Below the pieces are notes generated by a model. That model searched no databases, had not been told where the DNA came from, and worked only from the letters and a program-made list of their open reading frames with translations. 64,000 bases of DNA, taken from an uncultured Pelagibacteraceae bacterium (GTDB lineage Bacteria; Pseudomonadota; Alphaproteobacteria; Pelagibacterales; Pelagibacteraceae). Each line of letters starts with the position of its first letter. The stretch's first letter is position 1. The stretch is taken from assembly GCA_902616245.1 (NCBI GenBank), contig CACMSB010000006.1:2005-66004 (forward strand), read 5' to 3'. The position numbers and the translations under genes were made by a program. Positions 17,785 through 27,271 of the stretch are shown here, in pieces.

Positions 17785-18726
17785 ATGTCTAATATACTTA
17801 TTATAAAACATGGTTCCTTGGGTGATATAGCTCAAGCAAGTGGTGCAATTCAAGATATATCTGACAACCATCCAAATGATAATCTATATATACTGTCGAC
17901 TAAGCCATATTATAATTTATTAAAAAAAAATCCAAATATAACTGATGTAATTTTAGATAAAAGGCTCTCTAGGTTTAACCTAATTTATTTATATTTATTA
18001 ATGAGAAAGATAAAAAAATATAAATTTATTAAAGTTTATGATCTTCAAAATTCTAAAAGAACAAGTTTTTACAAAAAAATTCTTTACCCCAAAGCTTCAT
18101 CAGATATTTGGTCATCAACTGAAACAACTCTTCCAGAGGGAACTAATAAGACAGATTTTGATAAAGACACTGTTCTAAATCGCTTTGAACATCAATTAAA
18201 TGTTTCTGGAATTAAAACTGATAAGGTAACAAAACCAGACTTTTCTTGGAGCTGTGAAAATATTTCAGAAATCAAAAAAAAATATAATTTAAACAAGTAT
18301 ATAATTTTATTTCCTTTTTCATCGTCTCATTTAACCATAAAAAGATGGCCATATTACAATGAATTAATTAAAAAAATTAAATCTACTTTTGAAGATAAAA
18401 TTCAAATTTTAATAGCTCCTGGCCCAAATGAAATAAAATTAGCAAAAGATATTGATGCTAATATTATTTTAAATAATGATAAAGCATTAAGTATTTCTCA
18501 ACTTTCATCATTAATAAAAGATAGTTATTTTGTTATCTCCAATGATACTGGTCCAGCACATATGGCAGCACACTTAAATGTAAAAGGTTTAGTTTTATTT
18601 GGATCACACACTACTGCTCAAAAAGTTAGTATTGAACGAGAATACTTTAAAGCAATTCAAGTTTCAGATTTGGCTAAACTTTCTGCTGATAAAGTATTTC
18701 AAAAAATGCAAGAATCCATTAATTAG
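17785..18726 (+). CDS. Glycosyltransferase family 9 (heptosyltransferase-like)
   Basis: IIKHGSLGDI, YDLQ, KRWP, ISNDTGPAHMAA, LFG. Confidence 0.88.
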   Translation: MSNILIIKHGSLGDIAQASGAIQDISDNHPNDNLYILSTKPYYNLLKKNPNITDVILDKRLSRFNLIYLYLLMRKIKKYKFIKVYDLQNSKRTSFYKKILYPKASSDIWSSTETTLPEGTNKTDFDKDTVLNRFEHQLNVSGIKTDKVTKPDFSWSCENISEIKKKYNLNKYIILFPFSSSHLTIKRWPYYNELIKKIKSTFEDKIQILIAPGPNEIKLAKDIDANIILNNDKALSISQLSSLIKDSYFVISNDTGPAHMAAHLNVKGLVLFGSHTTAQKVSIEREYFKAIQVSDLAKLSADKVFQKMQESIN

Positions 18727-19798
18727 TTTTTCTAAATTTTGATAATAAAAAAGGCAAAAATAAAACTATTATGAAAATTCTTAAAAAATGATGGTAGCTC
18801 ACAAATATTGGATCAATGTTGTAAGCAACACTAATAACTACCATCTCATGAATTCCTCCAGGAGCAAAACTTAAAAAAGTTGGTATAAATTCAAACCCTA
18901 TATAAGTAAGCAAATAAGCAGTTATCATTGCAACAATTACTAAAATTGAACTAACTATAATTCCATGGAAAATAAAAAAAAGTAATTCTTTAATTTTCAA
19001 ACCGTTTAACCTTGTGCCCAAAGCTGTTCCAAGAAATATAAAAGCAATATTTATAAATGCATCTGGAAATCTGGCATTAATTATTTCAAAGGTATAAAAA
19101 ACTCCAGATAAAGCCATTGCGCCAACTAAAGTTGGAGAAGGAATCTTATATTTTTTTAGTATATTCGCAAAAATGAAACAGATTATTAATAAAAAAAATA
19201 TTTCTAAAAAATATCTTTCATTATAGATATTTTCATAATTGTAACCTGTGATTTCTGAGAAGCCTAAATTATTTATAAAAAAAATAGGAACAAAACTAAC
19301 GATAAATATCACTCTTGTAGCCTGAGGGATCAAAACACCTTTATCATTTTTGCTTTTACCAAATTCCAATAAGGCTGCAGATATTGGAACAAATGCACCT
19401 GGAAGAGCTGCCAAAACTGAAATAAATTTACTAAATTTACAAACTTTAAAAAAATAATAACCAGCAAGAATAGTACTAACTATTGTACAGACCAACATTG
19501 CTAATGATGAGAAAATCCATAAATGGATTTTATACAATAATGTTACATTTAGTGTTCCTCCCAGAATTATACCAACAATTAAAAATATAGGATTTAATAA
19601 TTTAGTTGGAAAAACTATTTTATAATTCGTAAATGCGAAACATAAATTTAAACCTAAAGATCCTAACAACCATGGTAAGGGTAAATTTATTAATGTACCT
19701 AAGTATCCACCGACTAGACCTATAAATAGAGCTTTATAACTACCTATTAATGCTAAAAAATATTCTTTTATGTTTTTAGAAGTATTATATTTGAGCAT
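18719..19798 (-). CDS. AbrB-family duplicated membrane protein (often mislabelled putative ammonia monooxygenase)
   Basis: Two similar halves with LPLPWLLGSL / IPSPTLVGAM and PGAF / APGGIHEM motifs, ending HHFLRIF. Confidence 0.82.
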   Translation of the reverse strand: MLKYNTSKNIKEYFLALIGSYKALFIGLVGGYLGTLINLPLPWLLGSLGLNLCFAFTNYKIVFPTKLLNPIFLIVGIILGGTLNVTLLYKIHLWIFSSLAMLVCTIVSTILAGYYFFKVCKFSKFISVLAALPGAFVPISAALLEFGKSKNDKGVLIPQATRVIFIVSFVPIFFINNLGFSEITGYNYENIYNERYFLEIFFLLIICFIFANILKKYKIPSPTLVGAMALSGVFYTFEIINARFPDAFINIAFIFLGTALGTRLNGLKIKELLFFIFHGIIVSSILVIVAMITAYLLTYIGFEFIPTFLSFAPGGIHEMVVISVAYNIDPIFVSYHHFLRIFIIVLFLPFLLSKFRKTN

Positions 19799-19859
19799 TG
19801 ACTAAAATTTATAACTTATGTTTAATGATGGTTTCATAAATATAATAAGAGAGGAAATA

Positions 19860-20834
19860 ATGAAACTAATTAAAACTTTTATTTCAGTTTTATTCTCTGC
19901 TTTCCTTCTGTTTTCATCAACAAGTTCATTTGCAGTTGAAAAATTACATTTTTTAATTGGCGGTGGTGCTGGTGGTGGTTGGGATGGAACTGCTAGAGGT
20001 ACTGGAGAAGCATTAACAAAAGCTGGTTTTTTGAAAAGTGCATCATTTGAAAACATGTCAGGTGGTGGAGGCGGTAAGGCTTTGGCTTACCTAATCAATA
20101 ACGCTCCAAAAGATACAGTTTTAGTTCAGTCAACACCATTGGTGTTAAGATCTATTACAAGACACAAAGGTTATGTAAAAGGTACTGGTACATTATCTTA
20201 TAAAGATGTTAAACCAATTGCAGGTGTAATTGGAGATTATGGTGCAATAGTTGTTGCAAAAAATTCACCTATCAAAAATTTCAAAGATGCAGTTGATCAA
20301 TATCAAAAAGATCCAAAGTCAATTAAAATGGCTGGAGGATCTGTAAGAGGAAGCATGGACCACTTAATTGGTGCGTTAGCTTTCCAAGCAGCTGGAGCAA
20401 ATCCGAACGATGTGATCTATGTTCCATATGATGCTGGTGGAAAAGCGCTTGCTGGACTTTTATCTGGAGAAACTCAAATACTTTCAACAGGCTTAGGTGA
20501 AGTAATGGGTGCTAGAGATCAAGTAAGAATAATTGGTATCACAGCTCCTGAAAGAGTAGGTGATGCACCAGAAGCTCCAACATTAAAAGAGCAAGGGTAT
20601 GATGTTCAGTTTGTTAACTGGAGAGGTTTCTTTGCACCAAAAAGCATGAGTATGAGTGATTATAACAAAATATCTAAAATGCTTGGGGATGTTCAAAAAA
20701 CACCAGAGTGGGAAGCTGTTAGAAAAAGAAATGCATGGGTAAATATTTATAACCCAGGTTCTAAATTTGATGCATTCTTGGAAAAACAAACAGTTGAAAT
20801 GACAGCTCTGATGAAAAAACTTGGAGTAATATAA
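19860..20834 (+). CDS. tctC: Tripartite tricarboxylate transporter substrate-binding protein
   Basis: GGGAGGGWDGTAR, NMSGGGG, GGS..GS.DH, YVPYDAGG, NWRGFFAP. GAGGAA SD supports the ATG at 19860. Confidence 0.9.
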   Translation: MKLIKTFISVLFSAFLLFSSTSSFAVEKLHFLIGGGAGGGWDGTARGTGEALTKAGFLKSASFENMSGGGGGKALAYLINNAPKDTVLVQSTPLVLRSITRHKGYVKGTGTLSYKDVKPIAGVIGDYGAIVVAKNSPIKNFKDAVDQYQKDPKSIKMAGGSVRGSMDHLIGALAFQAAGANPNDVIYVPYDAGGKALAGLLSGETQILSTGLGEVMGARDQVRIIGITAPERVGDAPEAPTLKEQGYDVQFVNWRGFFAPKSMSMSDYNKISKMLGDVQKTPEWEAVRKRNAWVNIYNPGSKFDAFLEKQTVEMTALMKKLGVI

Positions 20835-20864
20835 TCTTTATAGATTATTAAAGAATGTAAAGCA

Positions 20865-21335
20865 GTGAGAATAAGTCCTACAAAATTTATCTCACTGCTT
20901 TTTTTAGTTTTATCGGTATTTTATTTATACACGGCTTACAACATTCAAGTATTTGCATTCGATGAGAATGCACCATTCAATGCTAGGACTTTTCCAATAT
21001 ATTTAGGTTGGGCAGGAATAATTTTATCGAGTTTAAAAATAATTTTACCTGAGAAAGTTACTACAGAAGTAAATCACAAACACTTAGATTATAAAAGTAT
21101 AATTTATTTAATTGTAATCTCTTTAATATATGCAGCTGTAATTTTGAAAATTGGATATTTTATATCAACTTCTTTATTTCTTTTTGCATCTTACTATTTC
21201 TTAGGTGAAAGAAGATGGGGGTTAATGTTTATTTTATCTTTCCCATTTGTTGCTGCATTTATGTATTTGTTACATGGTTTATTAAACATTTACCTACGTG
21301 ATCCGTTTTTAAAATATATTGGAGTTATGGGATGA
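20865..21335 (+). CDS. tctB: Tripartite tricarboxylate transporter small membrane subunit
   Basis: 4-TM protein with ARTFP, IGYFIST and YFLGERR; lies between tctC and tctA. Confidence 0.85.
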   Translation: MRISPTKFISLLFLVLSVFYLYTAYNIQVFAFDENAPFNARTFPIYLGWAGIILSSLKIILPEKVTTEVNHKHLDYKSIIYLIVISLIYAAVILKIGYFISTSLFLFASYYFLGERRWGLMFILSFPFVAAFMYLLHGLLNIYLRDPFLKYIGVMG

Positions 21336-22831
21336 TCGAAGGAATACTAATTGGGTTATCAACTGCGCTATCATTAACGAATATTTTAATGGTGATGGTT
21401 GGATGTTTTGCAGGAACAATAATTGGAATGTTACCAGGACTTGGTCCAATGACTGCAATTGCATTAATGATACCAATTACTTACGGCTTTGATCCTTCAA
21501 CAGGTTTAATTTTAATGGCAGGTGTTTATTATGGAGCAGTATTTGGAGGATCTACATCTTCTATTTTATTAAATGCTCCTGGAATACCAGGAACTGTTGC
21601 TACTGCATTTGATGGTTATCCAATGGCACAACAAGGAAAAGCTGGTAAGGCTTTAGCGATAGCAGCCTATAGTTCATTTGCTGGAGGAACAATTTCTGCA
21701 ATATTTTTATTAGTTGCGGCCCCTAGTTTGTCAAAAGTAAGTTTAGCTTTTAGGTCACCTGACTATTTTGCACTAATGATTTTAGGTTTAACCGCCATTT
21801 CAGCATTTTCATCTAAAGGTCAATTTTTAAAAGCAATGATGATGGTAGTTTTAGGATTAATGTTAGCAACTGTAGGACAAGACTCTTTATCAGATATAAC
21901 AAGATTTACCTTTAACAATATGAATTTAACTGATGGAATAAGCTTTGTATTAATTGTCATGGCTACATTTGCAATGAGTGAAGCTCTTACAATTATTTTT
22001 AGAGGGAAAGATCCAAACAGAGCAGCAAAACAAATCTCATTAACAGAACTAGGTTCAATCAAAGTAAATAAAGAAGAAACTATCAAAATGGCTAAAACAA
22101 TTCCAAGATCTTCAATACTTGGTTTCTTAATTGGCGTTTTACCTGGTGCAGGCGCAACAATTGCATCTTTCTTAGCATATGGAATGGAAAGAAATTATGT
22201 AAATGAGGAAGAAAAACAAAAGTTTGGAAAAGGAAGCGTTCATGGTTTATCAGCACCAGAAACTGCAAATAATGCGGCTTGCTCTGGTTCATTTGTTCCA
22301 TTGCTAACATTAGGAATTCCTGGAAGCGGTACAACTGCAGTTATGCTTGGAGCCCTTTTAGGATTTGGTATTCAGCCAGGACCAAGACTTTATCAAACTA
22401 ACCCTGAAATATTCTGGTCAGTTATAATGTCAATGTACATTGGCATGGTCGTGCTTTTAATTTTAAATTTACCTTTAATACCTTATATCGCTAGAATTTT
22501 AGCAGTACCTAGAAATTATTTAATTCCTTTAATTTTATTTTTTTCAGTAACAGGAATATATCTTATGTCGTTTAATAATTTCGATATTTTTTTAATGATA
22601 GGTATTGCGCTGGTTGCAACTTTTTTAAGACTCTATGATTTTCCCATGCCACCTTTAATATTAGCTTTTGTACTAGGTGGATTAATGGAGGAAACATTGA
22701 GAAGGTCACTTTTAATAAGTGATGGTTCGCCTAATTTTTTATGGGATAGGCCAATAACACTCATAATATTATTGATCACAATCACAATTGTTGGTTGGCA
22801 AATTTTTTCAACTTTTAGAAAAAAAAGTTAA
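21332..22831 (+). CDS. tctA: Tripartite tricarboxylate transporter large permease
   Basis: GMLPGLGP, YYGA.FGGS..SILLNAPG, DGYPMA, PETANNA, PLLTLGIPGS, GIQPGP. Confidence 0.95.
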   Translation: MIEGILIGLSTALSLTNILMVMVGCFAGTIIGMLPGLGPMTAIALMIPITYGFDPSTGLILMAGVYYGAVFGGSTSSILLNAPGIPGTVATAFDGYPMAQQGKAGKALAIAAYSSFAGGTISAIFLLVAAPSLSKVSLAFRSPDYFALMILGLTAISAFSSKGQFLKAMMMVVLGLMLATVGQDSLSDITRFTFNNMNLTDGISFVLIVMATFAMSEALTIIFRGKDPNRAAKQISLTELGSIKVNKEETIKMAKTIPRSSILGFLIGVLPGAGATIASFLAYGMERNYVNEEEKQKFGKGSVHGLSAPETANNAACSGSFVPLLTLGIPGSGTTAVMLGALLGFGIQPGPRLYQTNPEIFWSVIMSMYIGMVVLLILNLPLIPYIARILAVPRNYLIPLILFFSVTGIYLMSFNNFDIFLMIGIALVATFLRLYDFPMPPLILAFVLGGLMEETLRRSLLISDGSPNFLWDRPITLIILLITITIVGWQIFSTFRKKS

Positions 22832-23244
22832 ATATAAATTTTATCAGCTAGACCGTAGCAAAGAATTCCACTTAGCACTGTTAAAATTCCTGATGCGATG
22901 ACACCTTCACTATTTGTTTTTTCGTTATGTCCAAGCTTATTGATATAAATTGTATATATCCCAATTAACAAATATAAAACGTTTTGAGCAAAAATTAATG
23001 TAAAGAAACCCCATGTTCCTGCCAAACCATCTGCTTTAATTAACATTATGTATAGTGCTACTAAAACTGATGCAATAAACGGTGCTCCAAAAAATCTAAC
23101 CATCACAGCTGCAGAATGATCTATATTGTATTGATCTAAAAATGATTTTGTTGCTACCACTGTTCTAAAAGCGTAAACAGCGTAAACGATAAAATGGACG
23201 ATAAAAATACTTAAATAAATTACTCCATTAAATTTATCTAACAT
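22828..23244 (-). CDS. Hypothetical 4-TM membrane protein
   Basis: 138 aa with four hydrophobic helices; family not recognised. Confidence 0.7.
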   Translation of the reverse strand: MLDKFNGVIYLSIFIVHFIVYAVYAFRTVVATKSFLDQYNIDHSAAVMVRFFGAPFIASVLVALYIMLIKADGLAGTWGFFTLIFAQNVLYLLIGIYTIYINKLGHNEKTNSEGVIASGILTVLSGILCYGLADKIYI

Positions 23245-23253
23245 GTTTTGATT

Positions 23254-24336
23254 TTATAAGATTCCTTTGTAGTTTTCAATTATCTTATCCCAAAGAAAAT
23301 TTTCGGAATGACTTTTGCACTCTTTTCCAAACTCAATATATTTATTACCTTCAAATAAACTATCTATACTTGAATAAATTTCATCTAGACTATTACCATC
23401 ACAAATTAATCCCGTTTTATTATGAACAATTGCATCAGAAGCACCACCATCTTTACCACCTATAGATGGAATCCCATATTGTGCGGCCTCAATAAAAGAA
23501 ATTCCAAAGCCCTCAACTGAAGATTTGTGAATTATTGATGGCATTATAAAAATATTGGATTTTGCTATTAGTGCATTTTTTAATTCATTAGAGATATCAC
23601 TTAAAAAAACTACATATTTATCAAGTTTTAGTTCTATAACTAATTTTTTCAAATTTTCCTCTTCATCTCCATATCCTATGCAAGTGTAAGTAATATCAGG
23701 ATATTTCTCTTTTAAATTCCGAATAGCCATTATAACTTTTTCATGATTTTTTCTTTTGTCAAATCTAGAAACAGTAATTAGCCTTTGTTTTTTTCCTCTT
23801 AGCATTTCTTCTGCTTGTTTAAGGTCATCTTTTGAAATTTCTATAACAGGATCTACACCTGGATTTATGACTATTAATCTTTTTTCTTCAACTCCGAGAC
23901 TAACTGCTAAATTTTTCGTAAAGTTTGAGTTTGCTACTACATGGTCAACATTATTTAAAACTTCTAAAACTTTTTTGTTTAATCTAGATCCTTTAGGATG
24001 ATTAATTTCTTTAGAATGAATTAAACATATTTTCTTTTTTGGGGATTTTATAAGTTCTAAACTTTTCCAGTGATCTGCAATGATACAATTTACATTTTTA
24101 TTTTCATTTAAATATTCATTTATTAGTAGAGATTTTCTATATTTTCTTAATAATTTAATTCCACTAACTCTTTCAATTGTAAAAGAAACTTTATCATCAA
24201 ACTTTTTATGATCTTCGTGGTAATCTGCAAAAACTTTAACCATATCTAACTTTGATAAAGATCTTGCTAATCCCCACATTAAATTTTGCATACCACCAAC
24301 ATCGGGTGGAAAAGTTCTAGTTATTATTAAATACAT
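23254..24336 (-). CDS. Glycosyltransferase family 4 (PimA/PimB-like)
   Basis: TFPPDVGGMQ, VSRFDKRKNH, EGFGISFIEAA, GG..DAI. Confidence 0.88.
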   Translation of the reverse strand: MYLIITRTFPPDVGGMQNLMWGLARSLSKLDMVKVFADYHEDHKKFDDKVSFTIERVSGIKLLRKYRKSLLINEYLNENKNVNCIIADHWKSLELIKSPKKKICLIHSKEINHPKGSRLNKKVLEVLNNVDHVVANSNFTKNLAVSLGVEEKRLIVINPGVDPVIEISKDDLKQAEEMLRGKKQRLITVSRFDKRKNHEKVIMAIRNLKEKYPDITYTCIGYGDEEENLKKLVIELKLDKYVVFLSDISNELKNALIAKSNIFIMPSIIHKSSVEGFGISFIEAAQYGIPSIGGKDGGASDAIVHNKTGLICDGNSLDEIYSSIDSLFEGNKYIEFGKECKSHSENFLWDKIIENYKGIL

Positions 24337-24890
24337 TAATTAGATGACCACTTAATACCACAACCCATACTTGGGAATTGTTCTTCAGGACCTTTGCCTG
24401 TTTCTGAAACTTGTTTCATAGCAATAAATAAATCACTATCTCCGGATCTCACAGGCTTTAGTTCTCTTAATTCTCTTATTCTTCCTCTATATTGGAGACC
24501 AAAATCTTTATCATAACCAAAAAAATCTGGAGTACATACAGCATCATATTTTCTTGCAATGTCTTGTGTTTCATCAATCAGGTAAGGAAAATTAAACTTG
24601 TGTTTAATTGCAAACTCTATCATTTTTTCAAAAGAGTCTTCTGGATAATTAATTGGATCATTAGAGCATATTGCAACTGAATTTATTCCTAAATCACTAA
24701 GCTTAGTACAGTCCTCCACCACATCTTTAATAATTGCTTTTACATATGGACAGTGATTACAAATAAACATTATCAAAGTTCCATTTTCACCTTTGATATC
24801 ATTTAAAGATATTAATTTGTTCTCTGTAGATTTTAATTCAAAGTTTTCTGCTTTTTTTCCAAAATCACATACTGGTGTTTTAATAGGCAT
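24336..24890 (-). CDS. Thioredoxin-fold AhpC/TSA-like redoxin
   Basis: FICNHCPYV, NDP..YPEDS, AVCTPDFFGY, PSMGCGIKW. Confidence 0.88.
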   Translation of the reverse strand: MPIKTPVCDFGKKAENFELKSTENKLISLNDIKGENGTLIMFICNHCPYVKAIIKDVVEDCTKLSDLGINSVAICSNDPINYPEDSFEKMIEFAIKHKFNFPYLIDETQDIARKYDAVCTPDFFGYDKDFGLQYRGRIRELRELKPVRSGDSDLFIAMKQVSETGKGPEEQFPSMGCGIKWSSN

Positions 24891-24910
24891 AATGTAATAA
24901 TATATAAATT

Positions 24911-25423
24911 ATGTTTTACGATTTGGAAGATAAAAAACCAAAAAACTCTGGCGAAAATTGGGTAGCGCCAAATGCAACTATTATTGGAGATGTCACATTA
25001 GAAAAAAACTCCAGTGTTTGGTTTAATGCTGTAATTAGAGGTGATAATGAAAACATTCATGTTGGAGAAGGTTCTAATGTTCAAGACGGAAGCGTTTTGC
25101 ATACTGACCCAGGCTGCCCTTTAAAAATTGGTAAAGACGTAACTATAGGTCATATCGTTATGCTTCATGGATGTACAATTGGAGACAATAGTTTAATAGG
25201 TATTGGAGCTGTAATTTTAAATAATGCGAAAATTGGCAAAAACTGCATCATAGGTGCAAAAGCGTTGATAACTGAAAACAAAGAAATTCCAGACAACTCA
25301 TTAGTGGTTGGAGCACCTGGTAGAGTAGTAAGAAAACTTACTGACGAAGAAGTAGGTAAAATTACTGAGAACGCAAAACATTACCAAGATAATTGGAAAA
25401 GATACGTAAAAACTGTTTTTTAA
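24911..25423 (+). CDS. Gamma-class carbonic anhydrase family protein (YrdA/CaiE-like)
   Basis: Hexapeptide repeats, VIRGD, NVQDGSVLH, IGHIVMLHGC (three His ligands). Confidence 0.9.
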   Translation: MFYDLEDKKPKNSGENWVAPNATIIGDVTLEKNSSVWFNAVIRGDNENIHVGEGSNVQDGSVLHTDPGCPLKIGKDVTIGHIVMLHGCTIGDNSLIGIGAVILNNAKIGKNCIIGAKALITENKEIPDNSLVVGAPGRVVRKLTDEEVGKITENAKHYQDNWKRYVKTVF

Positions 25424-25424
25424 A

Positions 25425-25715
25425 ATGCCAGCAGGGTATGTAATTGCACAATTAAGAGTAACCAACCCAGAAAATTATAAAGAGTATATTGAAAAAGTTA
25501 ATCCAATTGTAAAAAAATTCGATGGAGAGTTTTTAGTTAGAAATGGTGAATATCAAATATTTGATGGTGAAACTAAATTTCCAAGAATAATAGTTCTAAA
25601 ATTTCCAAGTTATGAGAGAGCGCTAGAATGGTATAATTCTGAAGAATATAAACCCATTAAACAGATTAGACTCGATAATTCTGAGGGGACTAATATAATA
25701 ATAAAAGGATTATGA
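25425..25715 (+). CDS. DUF1330-family protein
   Basis: GYVIA..RVTNPENYKEY, GEFLVR, VLKFPS...ALEWYNSEEY. Confidence 0.85.
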   Translation: MPAGYVIAQLRVTNPENYKEYIEKVNPIVKKFDGEFLVRNGEYQIFDGETKFPRIIVLKFPSYERALEWYNSEEYKPIKQIRLDNSEGTNIIIKGL

Positions 25716-26659
25716 AAAAAATATTATTAGCATTATTTGTCACATTATTTAGTTCATCATTATTAGCATCAGATGAAAAACCAGGTAGATTTTTTGAAGA
25801 TCAACCAGATGTAACTGATGATTATCAAATTCATTTCATATACATGCTTACAGCCAGTGATGAAGATCGTGAGCTAGATATAAATGGTAAAATTGAGGAA
25901 TATGCTAACAAAATGAACGCTCTTGTTGAAAAGTTTAGTAAAAAAACAAAAGGGTCTTCGGGTGTAAAAAAATATAAGTACGATTATCGAAAAGATGGAA
26001 AATTAGATGTTACCTTCATAAGATTAGATAAAAAAAGAAAAGAACTTCACAAACATATAAATAATAACTATCGTGCATACCTTTGGCTAAATGGATTTAA
26101 TAATCCAAAAAAAGTATATTTTACTTTTGCTGATGTAACTAGCCAAGATGGTGGAGAAGGTGGGGTAGGAATGGCATCAATTTTTCTTAAAAGCAAATAC
26201 AATAAAAATATAAATAGTATGGTTAAAACAGCTGTTCACGAAGTGCATCATGCAATGGGAGGGGGGTTTGCTTGCGTCCCTGGAATGAGTAAAAAAGCAC
26301 ATTTTAAAAGTGGACAAGACACTGATGAAAAGCAAATGTTTTTTGGAAAAGCTTATTTTCATGATGTCGAAGGCTGTCCAAAAGGAGAAGACACAGTATA
26401 TCTAACACCAACAACAAAAGATCCTTACGATCCTTTTAAGCTAATATGTTTGAACGAATGGGGAAAATATAATCACAAAAAGCTTGTTAAACTTAGAGAA
26501 AAACAGGAAAGCGATCTTAAAAAAGGTAAGTGGAACTATAGGAGTGGTGGATCTGGATGTAAGTTTACTTATTGGGACAGAAACGGTTCTGGAGTTATGA
26601 AATTATTTAATAATGAACAGGCTAATAGAGAGTATAATCGAAATCCAAAAGATCATTAA
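25712..26659 (+). CDS. Exported hypothetical protein with HExxH motif (possible zinc metallopeptidase)
   Basis: Signal peptide MKKILLALFVTLFSSSLLA; AVHEVHHAMG; four Cys in the C-half. Confidence 0.6.
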   Translation: MKKILLALFVTLFSSSLLASDEKPGRFFEDQPDVTDDYQIHFIYMLTASDEDRELDINGKIEEYANKMNALVEKFSKKTKGSSGVKKYKYDYRKDGKLDVTFIRLDKKRKELHKHINNNYRAYLWLNGFNNPKKVYFTFADVTSQDGGEGGVGMASIFLKSKYNKNINSMVKTAVHEVHHAMGGGFACVPGMSKKAHFKSGQDTDEKQMFFGKAYFHDVEGCPKGEDTVYLTPTTKDPYDPFKLICLNEWGKYNHKKLVKLREKQESDLKKGKWNYRSGGSGCKFTYWDRNGSGVMKLFNNEQANREYNRNPKDH

Positions 26660-26663
26660 ATAA

Positions 26664-27269
26664 TTAAGGAACTAACCAGGCATCTTTATTATTATCAACA
26701 TCAAATCTAGCTCTACGATGTCCTTTGGCAGCTAAATATAACCATTCCATAGATCTAATTTTACACTGTATGACGGTAAAGTTTTTGTATCCTTCCTCAC
26801 TTTGTTCTTTGGTGTAATCAAAATTATCTAATTCAGGTTTTAAACCAGATGTTGGAATATCAGATTCTGTACCTGGTCCATTATCTACCAAGTAACATTT
26901 ACGACTTATATGTTGAGTTTTTTCCCAAGATTGTTTTGTTATATCATTATTGTGATTGATAATTGCTTCAACTTTTAATCTAACCTGTATTTTTTCATCT
27001 TTATCATAAAATAACATAGATGAATTAGGATTTTTTTCTAATATTTTAATTTTATCAGATCTAATATCACTGTGGAATTGCACTAAATTATTTTGTTCAT
27101 CTGATTTTCTAAGAACAACAATTCTACTTTCAATATTGTCTTCACTTCCACATGAAAATACAGGTATTCTAAAGGGAGATGATCTATTTGTTACTGCATC
27201 AGTTAACATTAACCAAATTTTCTTTTTTATTTCGGAAAAATCCTCGTAGTAGGGAACAGTGGTAGACAC
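26664..27269 (-). CDS. Pyridoxamine 5'-phosphate oxidase-like FMN-binding protein
   Basis: RIVVLR, FHSDIRSDK, LFYD...QVR, EWLYL....HRRARF. Confidence 0.8.
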   Translation of the reverse strand: MSTTVPYYEDFSEIKKKIWLMLTDAVTNRSSPFRIPVFSCGSEDNIESRIVVLRKSDEQNNLVQFHSDIRSDKIKILEKNPNSSMLFYDKDEKIQVRLKVEAIINHNNDITKQSWEKTQHISRKCYLVDNGPGTESDIPTSGLKPELDNFDYTKEQSEEGYKNFTVIQCKIRSMEWLYLAAKGHRRARFDVDNNKDAWLVP

Positions 27270-27271
27270 AA

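Noticed and set aside
18719-19798. Ammonia monooxygenase
   Set aside because: This is the AbrB-duplication membrane family that carries a legacy misannotation; no amoA/B/C motifs or partner genes are present.
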